Assembly (NCBI GenBank): GCA_964016885.1
Contig: OZ024745.1
Location: 54,436,001 to 54,500,000 of the forward strand
Reading direction: 5' to 3'
Length of the DNA: 64,000 bases
From: Eledone cirrhosa
Taxonomy: Eukaryota
Shown here: one piece after another, positions 15,691 to 28,508 of the stretch
Position numbering within the stretch: the stretch's first letter is position 1
How the letters are laid out: the number at the start of each line of letters is the position of its first letter
Translations under genes and position numbers: made by a program
The notes under the pieces: generated by a model
Databases searched by the model: none
Told to the model about the DNA's origin: nothing
The model's input: the letters and a program-made list of their open reading frames with translations, nothing else

Positions 15691-16938
15691 CATGGATCGA
15701 CGGAATGTTCAAGCATGAATTTTCAAAAATTCGTTTAACTGGTTATATCCGACCATCAGTTGACACCCACCAATTATTTATTTCTGTATGTTTATATGTA
15801 TGTATGAACATATGTATACATGTATCTGTGCATGCATTCATTTGTGCAAGCATGCATGCCATTGCATGTGTGCATCTGAATATTTTGAGTTTTGTATGTG
15901 TACATAGGCATACATTAGTATGTCTATAAATATGCATATTACGAACTAGACTTTGGAATGTTTTGCATATTTTCACAGTTCAATTAATTGACCATGACGT
16001 CTTCAGTTTTGTGAAGTGCAATTTCTATAGATTCTATATATTTATGCTGAACCAAGTTGATAGATATCTAAGTGCTCCAATAATTACAAATATAAATCTG
16101 AAACTATAATTTGACTGGGATGTTTTTGGTTTTCACATTAGTTCGGCATAAAGGTTTTATTTCTATTTCATTTTTAACATTATGTTACCACTCTGGACAA
16201 CTGGGCAACTGATGTATGTTAGAGTACTCACCTTCTATTCTCTGTCCACGGATATTATGTTTACTTTACTGTATTTATACCTTACAAAAGTTTTGACGGG
16301 AACATTTTACCAGTATACATTCATATTATGGGTGAGTTTACACTCAACAACACAACAATTTTAATTTTCAGTACTATCTTATATTCAGTTTGAAATATTT
16401 TGTTATAGCCACGGCGTCATACTTCATACATATTACTGTGATTATACAGTTTGTTGGTTCAAACAATGTACGTTAATTCACTTTCAGACTCTTATAGTGA
16501 GAATGTTATTTCTGGGTGACACTTGCCGGGCAAATCTGTAATTGAATTAATTTCAATCGTGACCACCACATACTTTGCTATGTGCTGGGAAACCTAGGAC
16601 TTCATAATCCAATGTACCTCTTGGGAGATTTTGCTGTTGTTTCTCGCCTATCGACTGACGCGTCGAGACTCCATCATTGGTTTGAGTGGTTTTTGTTATT
16701 TTGATGCTGTTTTTGTTGTTGTTGTTGTTGGTGCTGATGGTGGTGTTTTGAGAATCAGATATTAATTAGCTTGAAAGACAAACAAACTGGTTAGCTGAAA
16801 TTATTTCCTGTTGTGAATAATTATTGAATAGAAAGACGTGTCGTCTAAACGTGTACATGAAATCACGTGTGTCTGCATGCGCTTATACAATCATCTCGGA
16901 AACACACACACACACACACACACACATACATTTATATA

Positions 16939-17162
<224 letters not shown>

Positions 17163-18893
17163 TATATATATATATACATACATACAAATACATGAATGTA
17201 TTTATGCCAAGACACATATTCTTAGATACTCAAACATGAATGCAAACATTTATCGATGCACACGGATATACAAACACACAGACACGCATATAAAATAATA
17301 ATTAATAATTGTAGCTCATAATTATTTTTCTGTTCACTATGAGTGTAATTTTAATTAATTAAACAATTTTATTGTCTCATGAAATTAAGTATGTTAGGCC
17401 CCACTTATCTATATAGTTTTCATGCAACAGACACCCCTACATAATTTTCTTCTACGTTGTCAATGTTCATTCCATCCTAATTTTTGTTGTCTACTAGAAT
17501 CTGAGAAATACTTGTAAGACTATGTTTTGCTAAAGAGGACTAATTTAATCGAAGCATGCCCCGAGCTATTAGCACTCTTGACAAAATTCAAACGTTCTTG
17601 CCAGTACAAGCAAATATGTTGTCGCCCATGTTGAGTTAGTAATTAACTGAATCTATTTTTACTTTCCTTTACATTATGGGTGTTCGTTTGTTAAACTAAA
17701 CAGTATATTTTGTATCTGACTGCTTTGAGAATGGCAACCCTTAGTATATATGTATTAATAAATATCATAGTTAAAATTGTCATACAACGTTGTTTAATCA
17801 CTTGTTTATAATTTCAATCTAATATCTCATTTGTGACTTATCAATATATAAAAGGTGTTGTTAACATTATGGATGAAAGCATTAGATTCAAATTATAAAC
17901 AATGTTTCTGTATCATATTTTATAGTCAAGTATAAACAATGTTTTGCTACTTCTGCTAACAATGTTGTTATATCAATATATTAGTCTGTAAACCACTGAA
18001 AACATTTATACTCGTATTATGCACCACAGTATGCAGTTGCCGCCATGCCTCAGCCTTGAAGGCAAGGTAGCGCAAGTTATGTTACTTGTATGAAGCATAA
18101 TATATCAGGTCTCATGCCTTAGATGTAAAACTGCTTTGTTCTCCCTTCTCACAGATATTTTCACTGAAAACACGTCCCTCTCTCTCTTTACACACACACA
18201 CACACACATATATATTTTATCTTGTGATTCTATAGACATGTTTTATGATATATAGCTCTGATTGTTTAATTTATTAATTTTTCATTGAGCCAAAAAATGA
18301 CCAGTTGCAAAACACGTATATGTATGTGTATGTATATATATATCTAAACTTTTATATGTAATAATCTCCCACTAGGTTGAGATACAAATTTGGCTGTATT
18401 GTGCTGTGCTTTGTAGCAAAAATGCCACCAGTCGTAAGCAACTACCACACCCCTTCCAACTTGACCGCGACTACGTCACGATTTTTAGCCATTTTGAAAT
18501 GAATTCTTGGCGCGATCGTTTTGGAAAAATTAATGTCTAGATATGAGCGAGCTTCCTGAAGAATCTGGCGCTCGAGTTTATATAATTATTAAATAATTAT
18601 TGGATAACTCAAAACACGGACGAAACCATGGTAGTGTATTCTATTTTCTCCTAGTTTATTTTAAACCTAATTCTGCTTAGTTGACTGTATCTAGGCGATT
18701 ACGCTGTCGAAATATTCGATAAATACTCCACTACGGCCGACGCGAAGCGCTAGTTTTGGTTATTTGTTGGAGATTCCTTCATAGAAGCCTCATTCGTATA
18801 GCCTGGTCTATTCGATTTTTTATATAGTTAATTATGCTAATTGGGAGAGGAAATAGTGTATATTTTATCTTGTGATTCTATAGAAATGTTTTA

Positions 18894-18955
<62 letters not shown>

Positions 18956-19047
18956 ATATTTAAGAAAATGAGGTTATTTTAAAAATAATAAAAAAACGAG
19001 ATGACCTACACGAGTGAAAGTATAAGGAAAAGAAATCGATTTCTTTT

Positions 19048-19104
<57 letters not shown>

Positions 19105-19111
<7 letters not shown>

Positions 19112-19425
19112 GTGAGGTTTTTTTTACAAACTGAAAAATAACCGAGGTGTCCTACACGAGTGAAAGTATAAAGAAAAAGAGATGAAATCGAAAATGCAAC
19201 TGGAGTCTTATTTAAAAAAAAAATATATATATTTATTTGGTTCCTTTACCGGTTTCGCAGTTCTTCTGCTTTTCAAAAGTAGAGTTGAGATGGAGGGTCT
19301 GTGGTTTTTCTCACATCTGAGAAAAACCACAGACCCTCCATCTCGAACTCTACTTTTACCAAATAAATATATATATTTAAAAAAAAAATAAGACTCCAGT
19401 TGCATTTTCGATTTCATCTCTTTTT

Positions 19426-19432
<7 letters not shown>
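19105..19432 (-). mobile_element. Fold-back Penelope-like element, family HP2 (long palindrome plus tail)
   Basis: Arms ~19166-19313 and ~19318-19432 (the second has an internal deletion); tail 19105-19165 also occurs at ~8358-8412 and ~18961-19023; (TA)n flanks. Confidence 0.75.
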
Positions 19433-19505
<73 letters not shown>

Positions 19506-19510
<5 letters not shown>

Positions 19511-19653
19511 AGAAAAACCATAGACCTCCATCTCAACTCACCTTTTGAAAAGCAGAACAACTGCGAAACCGGTAAAGGAACCAAATAAATATATATATTT
19601 AAAAAAAAAATAAGACTCCAGTTGCATTTTCGATTTCATCTCTTTTTCTTTAT
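19506..19653 (+). mobile_element. Single arm of family HP2 containing a hammerhead-like motif
   Basis: CCTT-TTGAAAA-GCAG-AACAA-CTGC-GAAAC-CG-GTA-AAGG at ~19541-19578; homologous to the 19166-19313 arm. Confidence 0.65.
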
Positions 19654-19665
19654 ATATATATATGT

Positions 19666-19741
<76 letters not shown>

Positions 19742-19746
<5 letters not shown>

Positions 19747-19944
19747 AACAAGTAAGACCCCGACGGCTGAGCTCAAGCCGTTTCGACGGCTAATTCTGTA
19801 CTAATTGAGTACAGAATTAGCCGTCGAAACGGCTTGAGCTCAGCCGTCGGGGTCTTACTTGTTCCTATTACCCACTCTACTACCCTAAGTATTCAGTACT
19901 TTGGTGCGTTATGGTCCACCTGGTTCCTTACCACATTTCCTTCG

Positions 19945-19946
<2 letters not shown>
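19742..19946 (+). mobile_element. Family HP copy 2 (subfamily A)
   Basis: Palindrome 19742-19868 with loop AATTG, then tail to 19946; (TA)n on both sides. Confidence 0.87.
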
Positions 19947-20007
<61 letters not shown>

Positions 20008-20011
<4 letters not shown>

Positions 20012-20180
20012 GAGTTCGATTCCTGGACCAGGCGATGCGTTATGTCCTTGAGCAAGACACTTTATTTCACGTTGCTCCTTCTACCTGGAGTTGCGACCGA
20101 TAGATAGTATTAGCAATTGGAAAGACCAACGGAAACATTGTTCCCTCGGTCCGATTTGACGAAAGTCGATCGTTCCTATT
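20008..20180 (+). mobile_element. tRNA-derived SINE, family 2 (CORE/V-like), 5'-truncated
   Basis: B box GAGTTCGATTCC followed by GTCCTTGAGCAAGACACTTTATTTCAC. Confidence 0.65.
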
Positions 20181-20227
20181 TTTATATATATATATATAAG
20201 GAAAAGAAATCGATTTCTTTATATATA

Positions 20228-20390
20228 GTAATAATTGTTTCTACTTTAGGCACAAGGCCAACAATTTACAGTGCATTACTGGTACTTTATTTTATCGACC
20301 CCGTAAGGATGAAAGGCAAAGTCAACCTCCGCGGGATTTGAACTCAGATCGTAAAGGGACGTAACTATGCTGGAAAGCATGGCGTCCGAC
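20228..20390 (-). mobile_element. Family-1 SINE, cut at the 3' boundary of the R2-like element
   Basis: Homology to the other copies stops abruptly after GGCGTCCGAC at 20390. Confidence 0.85.
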
Positions 20391-21179
20391 AAGACCAAAA
20401 TTCAAAGCGAACGAGATAATGGTTTAATACACACATATATATATATACAGTAGCTGGCACTGAACTCGTGCTTTTTTCAAAGCACGAGACGCCTTTCCCT
20501 GTTTTTAGAGTGGGTGGTCCCACGGGCCAACGCCATCAAGCTCTCTATGGCATGAACGGTGTGCCCCTGTCAATCCGGTTGGTACCGACCGCAGTTCAAA
20601 CCGCTCACCGGCCGTGGCAGAATTATCATGTCACGCCGACCGCAATTCGATCCGCCATCTGTCAATCCAGTATTTAAAACCCTTAATAAACTAAAATAAG
20701 GTGGTCGTGCACCGCTCGACCCCCCCCCCCCAAAAAAAAAAAAGAGAACGCTCCACGAGACCCAAGTTTCTCACTCTCCTATTCAACATTCAATTAATAA
20801 GTTTTAATAACCAACAAATTAACAAAAATAAAAACACAGACACGTGACCCTGCAACGGGGGGTAAAGGGCGTGCTAACGTAAACCCACCACGAACGCCCG
20901 GACTAGCGGAGCCGGCGGAGTCGTCTCACTTCTCCTTCACTCGGATTTTCTATCCGACCGCTTACCGGGTTAGTTTAGTTAATCGGAATTAGGAAGAGTG
21001 GACCCGGGCTCTAACGCGCGCACAAAAAAAAAAAAAAAAATCTGAGGCAATCATCCCCGAACCCAGTATGGGCCCATACAAGGGGGGAGCAGCCGACAAT
21101 CAGTCAAAGCGAGAGGAACCAGAAGAGTCCAGAAAGCCCCGTCTCGCGAGCCCGCCAGCCAGTCGAGTCCAGCTGGAAC

Positions 21180-24100
21180 TCACTCCAGAATTTCAAGCGT
21201 TGCTAGCATCGCTCTACGACACAAGAGCCTCCTGAACGCATCGTCATCAATCCCAAGAGCAGAAAGAGTCTCCTCCGCCGCGACGGACCACGCTCCGCAG
21301 GCCCCGATGGGACAGCCATGAACCGAGACTCTCCCACCCGTTTCATTCTCCAGCAGAGCCGTTAAGGGAAGGTATTTTCGTACCTTCTCCGCCGCGGCGT
21401 CGATCAAAGCACTCCCCTGCTCAAATCTCACAGTGACATCAACGACCAACGTCGCACCCCTCTCGTCATCACCAGGTCCGGAATGAGCCTCGCATCGTTC
21501 ACCCGGTAGGACGGCTCCCAGCCAACCCTCCAGCCAAGGCGCGTGGATTCGTCCGCTATCAGTTGGCACAGCTGGTCATGCCAGGCCAGTCGCTTTCTCT
21601 TGAGAAGAGGGCACTGGCCACTGATATGGGCGATTGTCTCCGCGGCCGTTCCACAGCGTCGGCAGGTCTTGTCACCGCGACCGCCTCTCGCCAAGCATTC
21701 CCGGGTAGGAAACGTATTGGTTCGCAGTTTGAGACAACTCAAAAAAGGTCCCCTCAGAAACCACACCCGGGCGGAGCAACCAATCGTTGCCGATTCGGTC
21801 ACCCCGAAACGACCCCACACACGCCCTCTGGACGGGCTGGAAGGCCCAGGCCTCGGCGGTCTGCCGTCCAAGATCGGGCGCGTACGTGGACGCGCCCGGC
21901 GGGACCGGAGGCAGCCCATAACGTAACGCTATCTCGCTGTTCCGCGTAGCGAGGCCCGCCGATTCCGCCATGAGACGAACCGCGTCATAACGAGAGGCTA
22001 GCAAACGGAGATTATTACCCATCACGATGGATGGGATTAACTTCGCCAAGTGGCAAAGACCCAATCCACCGTCCCGCTTGCTACAGTGCAAGAAGGAAAC
22101 CGAGGTCGACACATGCAGATGCATAATCCTACGTGTTCCCGCGCGAATCGCCGCGTCTAGCTCCTCGAGTTTAATCCGGCTAGGCATCACCTGCACCAGA
22201 CTGTAAAACAATCTAGGCAGGTAATACTTTTGTAGCAGATGGAATTTCTGCCGGGGCTTCAGTGGAGCACAGCAAATCTTATCGACACACTGTGACACCC
22301 GCTCCACCGAAACTTTCAACTCGAGGTTCGACCACGGGCCGACACTAACACCTAAGTAAGAGCATTTCTCTGCAGGGTCGATTCTCAAGAGCTGAATCCC
22401 ATCAATCTCAGGGGCGGAGTCCGTGTTGACCAAGAAAGACTTCCCCCACGCTTTAATCGAGAAGAAGGCGCATTTGGAGACATTCACTGCTAGCTCCATC
22501 TCCCGGTAGAAAGACACACACCTGTCAACTAGGCGCTGCATCTCCACCGAGGAGCCGGACACCAGAGCATTGTCATCCGCGTACGCCAAACTCGACAAAC
22601 CCAACTCTCCAATCCATAAGCCACAGTCGTTGGACAAAGCGTCCAATAGCGGATCAGTGGCAATGTTGAAGAGAAGGGGCGAGAGGGCATCCCCTTGCCG
22701 TACTCCTCGCCTGATCGAGATGGCTCTGCTCGTTTCCGCTCCGACCGAGAATTTTGTGACACAGCCCTCGTACAGACCTCTCACGACTTCGACCATGTGT
22801 TCGTGAAATCCAAGTCTTCTCATGCCCGCAAACACGAGTGAGTGCGGGACAGTATCGAAGGCCTTGGCAAGGTCCAAGAAGGCCACGTTCAACTGCCGAA
22901 TCCTCGATCGAGCTAGCCCACCCCTAGTGCGAGCGATTAGTTGTCGCAGTAAGAATAAATTCTCACTGCAGCCGTCCGCATTAATGAACCCTCGTTGGGC
23001 CGGGTTCAGGGGTGTTACCTGAAGCATTCATTTAGAGAGAATCCTGGTGTATAGACGATACACGGCAGAGCATATCGTCAGGGGTCTCCAATTGGAAAGG
23101 TCGATCGGACCGTCCATCTTTTTGCGAATAAGGACTGACCTTCCTTGCTTCAAGATATCGGGAACTCTCCCGGCTAGCAGCAAACAGTTAAATAGATTCA
23201 CTAGAGTTGCAGGGTCGATTGCGCGTACTTGTTGGGGCGTGATTCCGTCGGGCCCCGGAGCCGAATGCAGATCCATACACTTACGCGCACCCACCACTTC
23301 GGACACGGTAAACGGCCGCAAAAGCGACTCATTGTTCACCACCTCCGTTGCGGGATACGCGCTAAGATCCACATCTGGTCCAGGGACGGAGAATCTGTCT
23401 TCGTAAGCAGACGCAATGTCCGCCATCGGGACAGGACACACCCACTGCATCTCTTCGCCTAAAATTACTGTTAGGAGCTTCTTCCTGTCTCGGTCATACA
23501 AAAACTGGTAGCGAGCGTAGAGGAGACTCTTTTCACTCTTTCTACCAGTTTTCTTATAGGGACTTTTAAATCTACTCTTTTTCCGTGTATTTCGCGCTCT
23601 ACCACGCCCTCTGTTCGAGCGCACCTTGTTCACCCATTCGTCGACAAACCCGGCGAACGCATCCCAGCTCTCATCCGTGATCTCATCACAGAATGTGACA
23701 AGACACTCGGCAAAAGCGGCGGACCATCGGAGCGCCCAGGCTCCACCGCCTCGCCAAACAAGTTCCTCCAATCGTTATCAAAGGCAACCGGGATGGACGC
23801 CCCACTCGGCTGGTTAGGCGGCCGTCTCTCTAACGACCCTGCAGAACGGGTAGGGGACTGTTCACAGTGTTTTCTTCTATTCCTTAGATCGCTCCTCTTC
23901 GAACTAATCTGTTTCACAGTCTTCCCGGGCAGGAAAGGAGCGATCCCAAGATTGACACGACGGCACCCCGCCTTAAGAAGCTCGTCCTCCTTTTCGAGAA
24001 GGACCGAAACCTCCTGCTCGGACCAACAACCACGACCAACCCGGGTGCGGGGCTGCCCAGCTCTCTCGCGAGAGGCTACAGCAGCACGAGAGGCACGCTT

Positions 24101-24823
24101 CTTTCCGATCTCCTCCGCGTGTTTCGCGATCCTGCGGCGATTGGCAACCACTGGATGACGATGTCTCTCGTGCTGTGATCTTCCTGCGACCGTACGGAAG
24201 GCACGGTCGCACTCTCCGCACCTGTGGATCAAGTCCGAGACGGCGGGAATATCGTCCCATCTCCTGCCCGTGCATCGGCCCACGTGCACCCGGAGCGAAT
24301 GCAGGTGACAACTCTCCCTACCGCATTTGCTGCACCTAAAAACTGCCTTTCGCTCATGACAGCGAAGCAAATGCTCCGCCCCACCAGACGGGCCCGAGAA
24401 ATGACGCGAACAGCACGAGCAAAACAAAATTACGCTCTTACAAGGAATCTCGAGACAGTCCTCCCCCGCGACCGTTGGCCCAACCTCACAGACAGATTCC
24501 ACGTGGTCGCGCGCGAGCCACGACGACAGTTGCTTGCCTCTCAAGACCAAAGCGTGGGTTGGGTACTCGAGAGTAAATTTATCGGGTGTATCCCTACGGA
24601 CTAGTATGGTCGGTATCTGAATCCTCCGGTAGGTCAAATCCAGTGAGCCGGCGCTCTTACGAGGAACATGGTCCGGCTCTTTGCCAGTCCTCGGAGACAG
24701 TTGCCAATCGCAGCGGGCCATTACAGAACGCTGCGACAGGCCGAAGAGACCTATCCCATTCCCTCCGGCCACTGGTTTTTCGGCCCCCAGCTGCCCTATG
24801 GAATTCAAAATATGTGTCATCAT
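21180..24823 (-). pseudogene. R2 polyprotein (zinc fingers CCHH-CCHC-CCHH, Myb, RT, CCHC knuckle, PD-(D/E)xK endonuclease)
   Basis: CSCC..H..H, CSKC..H..C, CGEC..H..H; WSEQEVSVL..PGKTVKQISSKR; WRPLTI, FLDLAKAFDTVPH, GVRQGDALSPLLFN, YADD; CRRC..ETIAHISGQC, IPDLVM, VVDVTVRFE, EKVRKY. Split by about 3 frameshifts and an in-frame TGA at 23028-23030. Confidence 0.92.
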
Positions 24824-24829
24824 AATTTG

Positions 24830-25001
24830 GGCACCAATTAGTTCGTCTTAATGTGGCCGACCAACCGAGAATGGTAAAACCTGCCGAGTCAACCCTGACC
24901 ACCGCAAAAAAAAAAAGGCGGGGCGGAGCTGCCTCTCTCGTACAGCTCAAAATCACGGACTTAAGCTCTCTTCCCACGCCAAGGGTGGTGCCGCAAGAGT
25001 C
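24830..25001 (-). ncRNA. Candidate HDV-like self-cleaving ribozyme in the R2 5' UTR
   Basis: Minus strand in order: GACTCTT (P1), GGCACCA (P2), CCC-TTGGCGT-GGG (P3/L3), AAGAG (P1'), long P4 region, AACTAAT (J4/2), TGGTGCC (P2'); the ORF ATG follows at 24823. Confidence 0.6.
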
Positions 25002-25149
25002 TGCATTTTTATATCTACCGAATTTCATTTGCAAAGAATTCGTTAAAATAAATCTATAGGATGAGTCATTTGCCCAATGTATCTTTGCAGTGGATTGAAT
25101 TCTGAACCATATGATTGATAATGTAATTTGCCCGACTTAAATGCCTCGC

Positions 25150-26750
25150 TTATATGAAACGGCTTCCGAGAATGGAAATATTACGAGGCTGCTTCAATTA
25201 CATCGTGCTAGCTGTTTTGCCTTGATTTTATGTGAGTATCGTTCTATTAATTATAGCTCATAGCAAGATAGGGCCGTTTGTATTTCTTCAGAAAACAATT
25301 TTGTTTTTGTATGAATGTCCGAAAGTATCCATTTATGTTTGCTTTATTTTTTATCTGTTTTTGCTGAGTTTTGTATTGCAAGAGTTTTTCATTGAGCCGT
25401 TTTCTTTTACAACATCAGTATAATAACATTCAGCGTGGCTAAAATACCTTAATCGATATGGTATTTGCAAAATATGACTGATTTGGCTGTAGGTGGTTAG
25501 TTTGATGTATTATAATTTTTCTTTTGATCTATGTATGAAGTTTACAATGCTTCCGTTGGATCTGAGTATGATTTTTAAATTCAATTTTATCATATCTTAC
25601 ATAAATCTATCTAGATAATAAATGTTCATATAATAAGGATTTATTGGCCCACCAAATGTATAGAGACCGATATCTAGAAATTTGATTTTATCCAAAGTAT
25701 CTTTGATGTCTAAGCCCTACAACTTGCTGCACACACAGCCTCGCTAATATAAAGTAGCTAGCTGCAATAGTTCTTACTCAAGACTTATTGTCGAACAATT
25801 GAAGTAACTTTCTAGATTACGCTATGACACTTGTTTTACTAAACAAATTTTCCAAATTAAAGGTTTTTATTTAGTAGTAGTTTTCTGATGTACCGGAGAA
25901 ATTCAATATGTAACTGAGAGACTCTCAATTGGTTTTGTTATCTTTATTGTTCAAACACATTATTATCGCAATGCTTTTATCCTTGATTGATTATGTCAAG
26001 GTTGTGCATACATTAATACCCCGTTCGCGTTTGGCTGGATTTATTACTATGCATTTTGGGTACCTTAAAGGTATTTCATTTCTGTGCTGTGCATCGTCTA
26101 TTTCAACTGGATGCTTGCACTATCAGATTACTGTTAATTTTACTGTACATGTTGGGATGTATCTATTTGCATAGTTTTGTTATATTTAGAGAATATGAAC
26201 GTATGTGGAGTTGTCCATTTTGAACAACATTTTTATTTCGTCAGAATATATGGAGTTATTAAAATAGATTTTGCCTCTGTATTTGTATGGCGTCTAAATC
26301 GCATTCATTTTATCATGTTGATTACATAATTTTAAAATATGTCTAAATCATTGTTATGGAGGGCTATGTATACCATCTGAATTCATATTGGTTTTCTCTA
26401 TAGATACTATATTTATCATGGACTTGGGTATTTCATCACTTTCAATTTATTAAATACAGCTTTTTGGCAGTATAGTTATTCGACCCTTAAGTTATCGTTT
26501 GATGTTCGAAAGCAATTTAGGAGTTCCTATACACAGGTCAATTTACAAACGAAATAAAAATGCTCAATAAATATGCTGCTTATTTATATGTTTAAAGTCA
26601 AGGATTCTCTTCGCTTTTGCGTTTCCACTTTTCTCGTGGCCAGCTTCTGATTTAAGCTTGTATTCGATAGCGATGAGTTAGTTAGGTTGGTACGATGTTT
26701 CATGTTATTTTTAAGATCCGTGATAGGAAAACTGCTAAAGATACAGCGTA
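25150..26750 (-). pseudogene. Possible decayed Penelope-type RT remnant
   Basis: Only scattered motifs, e.g. DKIKFLDIGL at ~25665-25692 on the minus strand. Confidence 0.3.
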
Positions 26751-27292
26751 GTTAGATCACTATAATTTAGATGTATGTTATAGTGTGGAAGTGTAAATAA
26801 AGGAAGTTCATGAATACGTTCCTTGTAAAGCAGAAGAGAATAGTAAGGAGCGTAGTCGAACATGCAGAGAAAGACACAACAGAAAGACAGACAGCCTGCA
26901 CGCTGGACTACAGACCTTATTATTCTCTTCTGTTTTACTATTTTTCTCCTTTCTCCTTATATTTTCTCCTTTGGTTAAGCACTTGCGCACAGTTCTCTCC
27001 CTTCTTTGCCAGTTGACGTACTTGGGATACTTTGTCTTCTATATTTGTGTAACATGCCAATAGGCATAACCAGTCTCTACCTGTTTGTTGTGTCCCAATA
27101 TGCACTGGAGTGAATGTAATTAACCTTAATCCTGAAGACATGGGAGTCCTGTTTGTCTTTTTCTTATTCTTTTCCATTTTATTTCTCATGTGCGCCCCAT
27201 AGTTTGAATTAATTTTCTAAAGACTTAGTCATGTAGTCGTGCAGACATTTTTGTAACCTGTGTATATATATACATGTATATCTACATCTATG

Positions 27293-27388
<96 letters not shown>

Positions 27389-27731
27389 TGTGTGTGTGTG
27401 TGTGTAAGTGTGTGCAAATTCTAATTACATAACACAGTATAGGCCATGCGAATTGCATAATTCTATATTAGTGATTATTTCTAGGTTTCCTATCAAATAA
27501 TTTTATCGGTAATATCACACAGACATAATGAGTGTCATATATTTACGATGATGAAAGCCAATCAGGTCGAAATCACGAACCTTCAGTTGCGAGACACGCA
27601 ACCTCTCTGTAGGGATTATGAAATTTGAAATTGCTTCGGTGCATTATTTTTTCACTCTTCTCTCACCTCACTCTTTTTCTCTCACTGCGGACACACACAC
27701 ACATATATATATATATGTACACACAGACAGA

Positions 27732-27830
<99 letters not shown>

Positions 27831-28508
27831 ATGTGTGTGCATGTGTGTATGTGTTAGATTTTGTGTGTATATGTAATTACACGGTAAATATTGGTATTTG
27901 TGGTCTATAATCTAAGCACATACAATTTCTATTAGTAAGCACGAACATTGTCAATATTGTGTGACAATTTAGATAAGACAAATGATTACCCTAAGTTGAT
28001 CATGGGGTAATGGTAGACTATATATATATGCGAGTATAAACGAAGGTAGTCGGACTTTGGAGGAACTGGCAGTTTCATGGCCTTTGTTGATAAACGTACA
28101 TCAAACAATCAGAGTGGTAAGAATAAGGAGTTTGAATGGGACGCCTCCATTGCTTATGTAGCGACAAAGTAATCCGGGGTTTGCCTCTTGAATTATCCTA
28201 AAGCATAGTCCCCTTCTATTGAGGATCTATTTCTAATTGACATTTGTTGTTGGTTTGTATTGTTACATATCTAATTATTAAAGTTTTTGTTGTTATTATA
28301 TCTATTGTTTTTTGCCATTGTTGATGTTCTTTATTCGATGAAACCTTGCCCTGAGTTATTTTCCTCTTTGTATTCTCCCCCATTCACTTAGGCCAGTGTG
28401 GCAAATAAAACAAGAACAGTAACAACAACAGCAACAACAACAACAACAACAACAACAACAGCAATAATAGTAATAATATTTATAATAATAATTATTATTG
28501 TTATTATT

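Larger units (their letters stand above)
20391..25001 (-). mobile_element. Full-length R2-clade (R2-A-like) non-LTR retrotransposon, disabled, not in rDNA
   Basis: GC-rich block with zinc fingers, Myb, RT, CCHC and RLE in order, a candidate 5' ribozyme and a ~790-nt 3' region. The 3' boundary is approximate. Confidence 0.85.

Noticed and set aside
23028-23030. In-frame TGA in the R2 ORF as programmed readthrough or selenocysteine
   Set aside because: It falls at the conserved R of RIL.KR; CGA-to-TGA decay is simpler, and the copy also has frameshifts.
27545-27580. ATGATGA..GAAAT hammerhead-like spacing
   Set aside because: Stems I and III cannot be formed.
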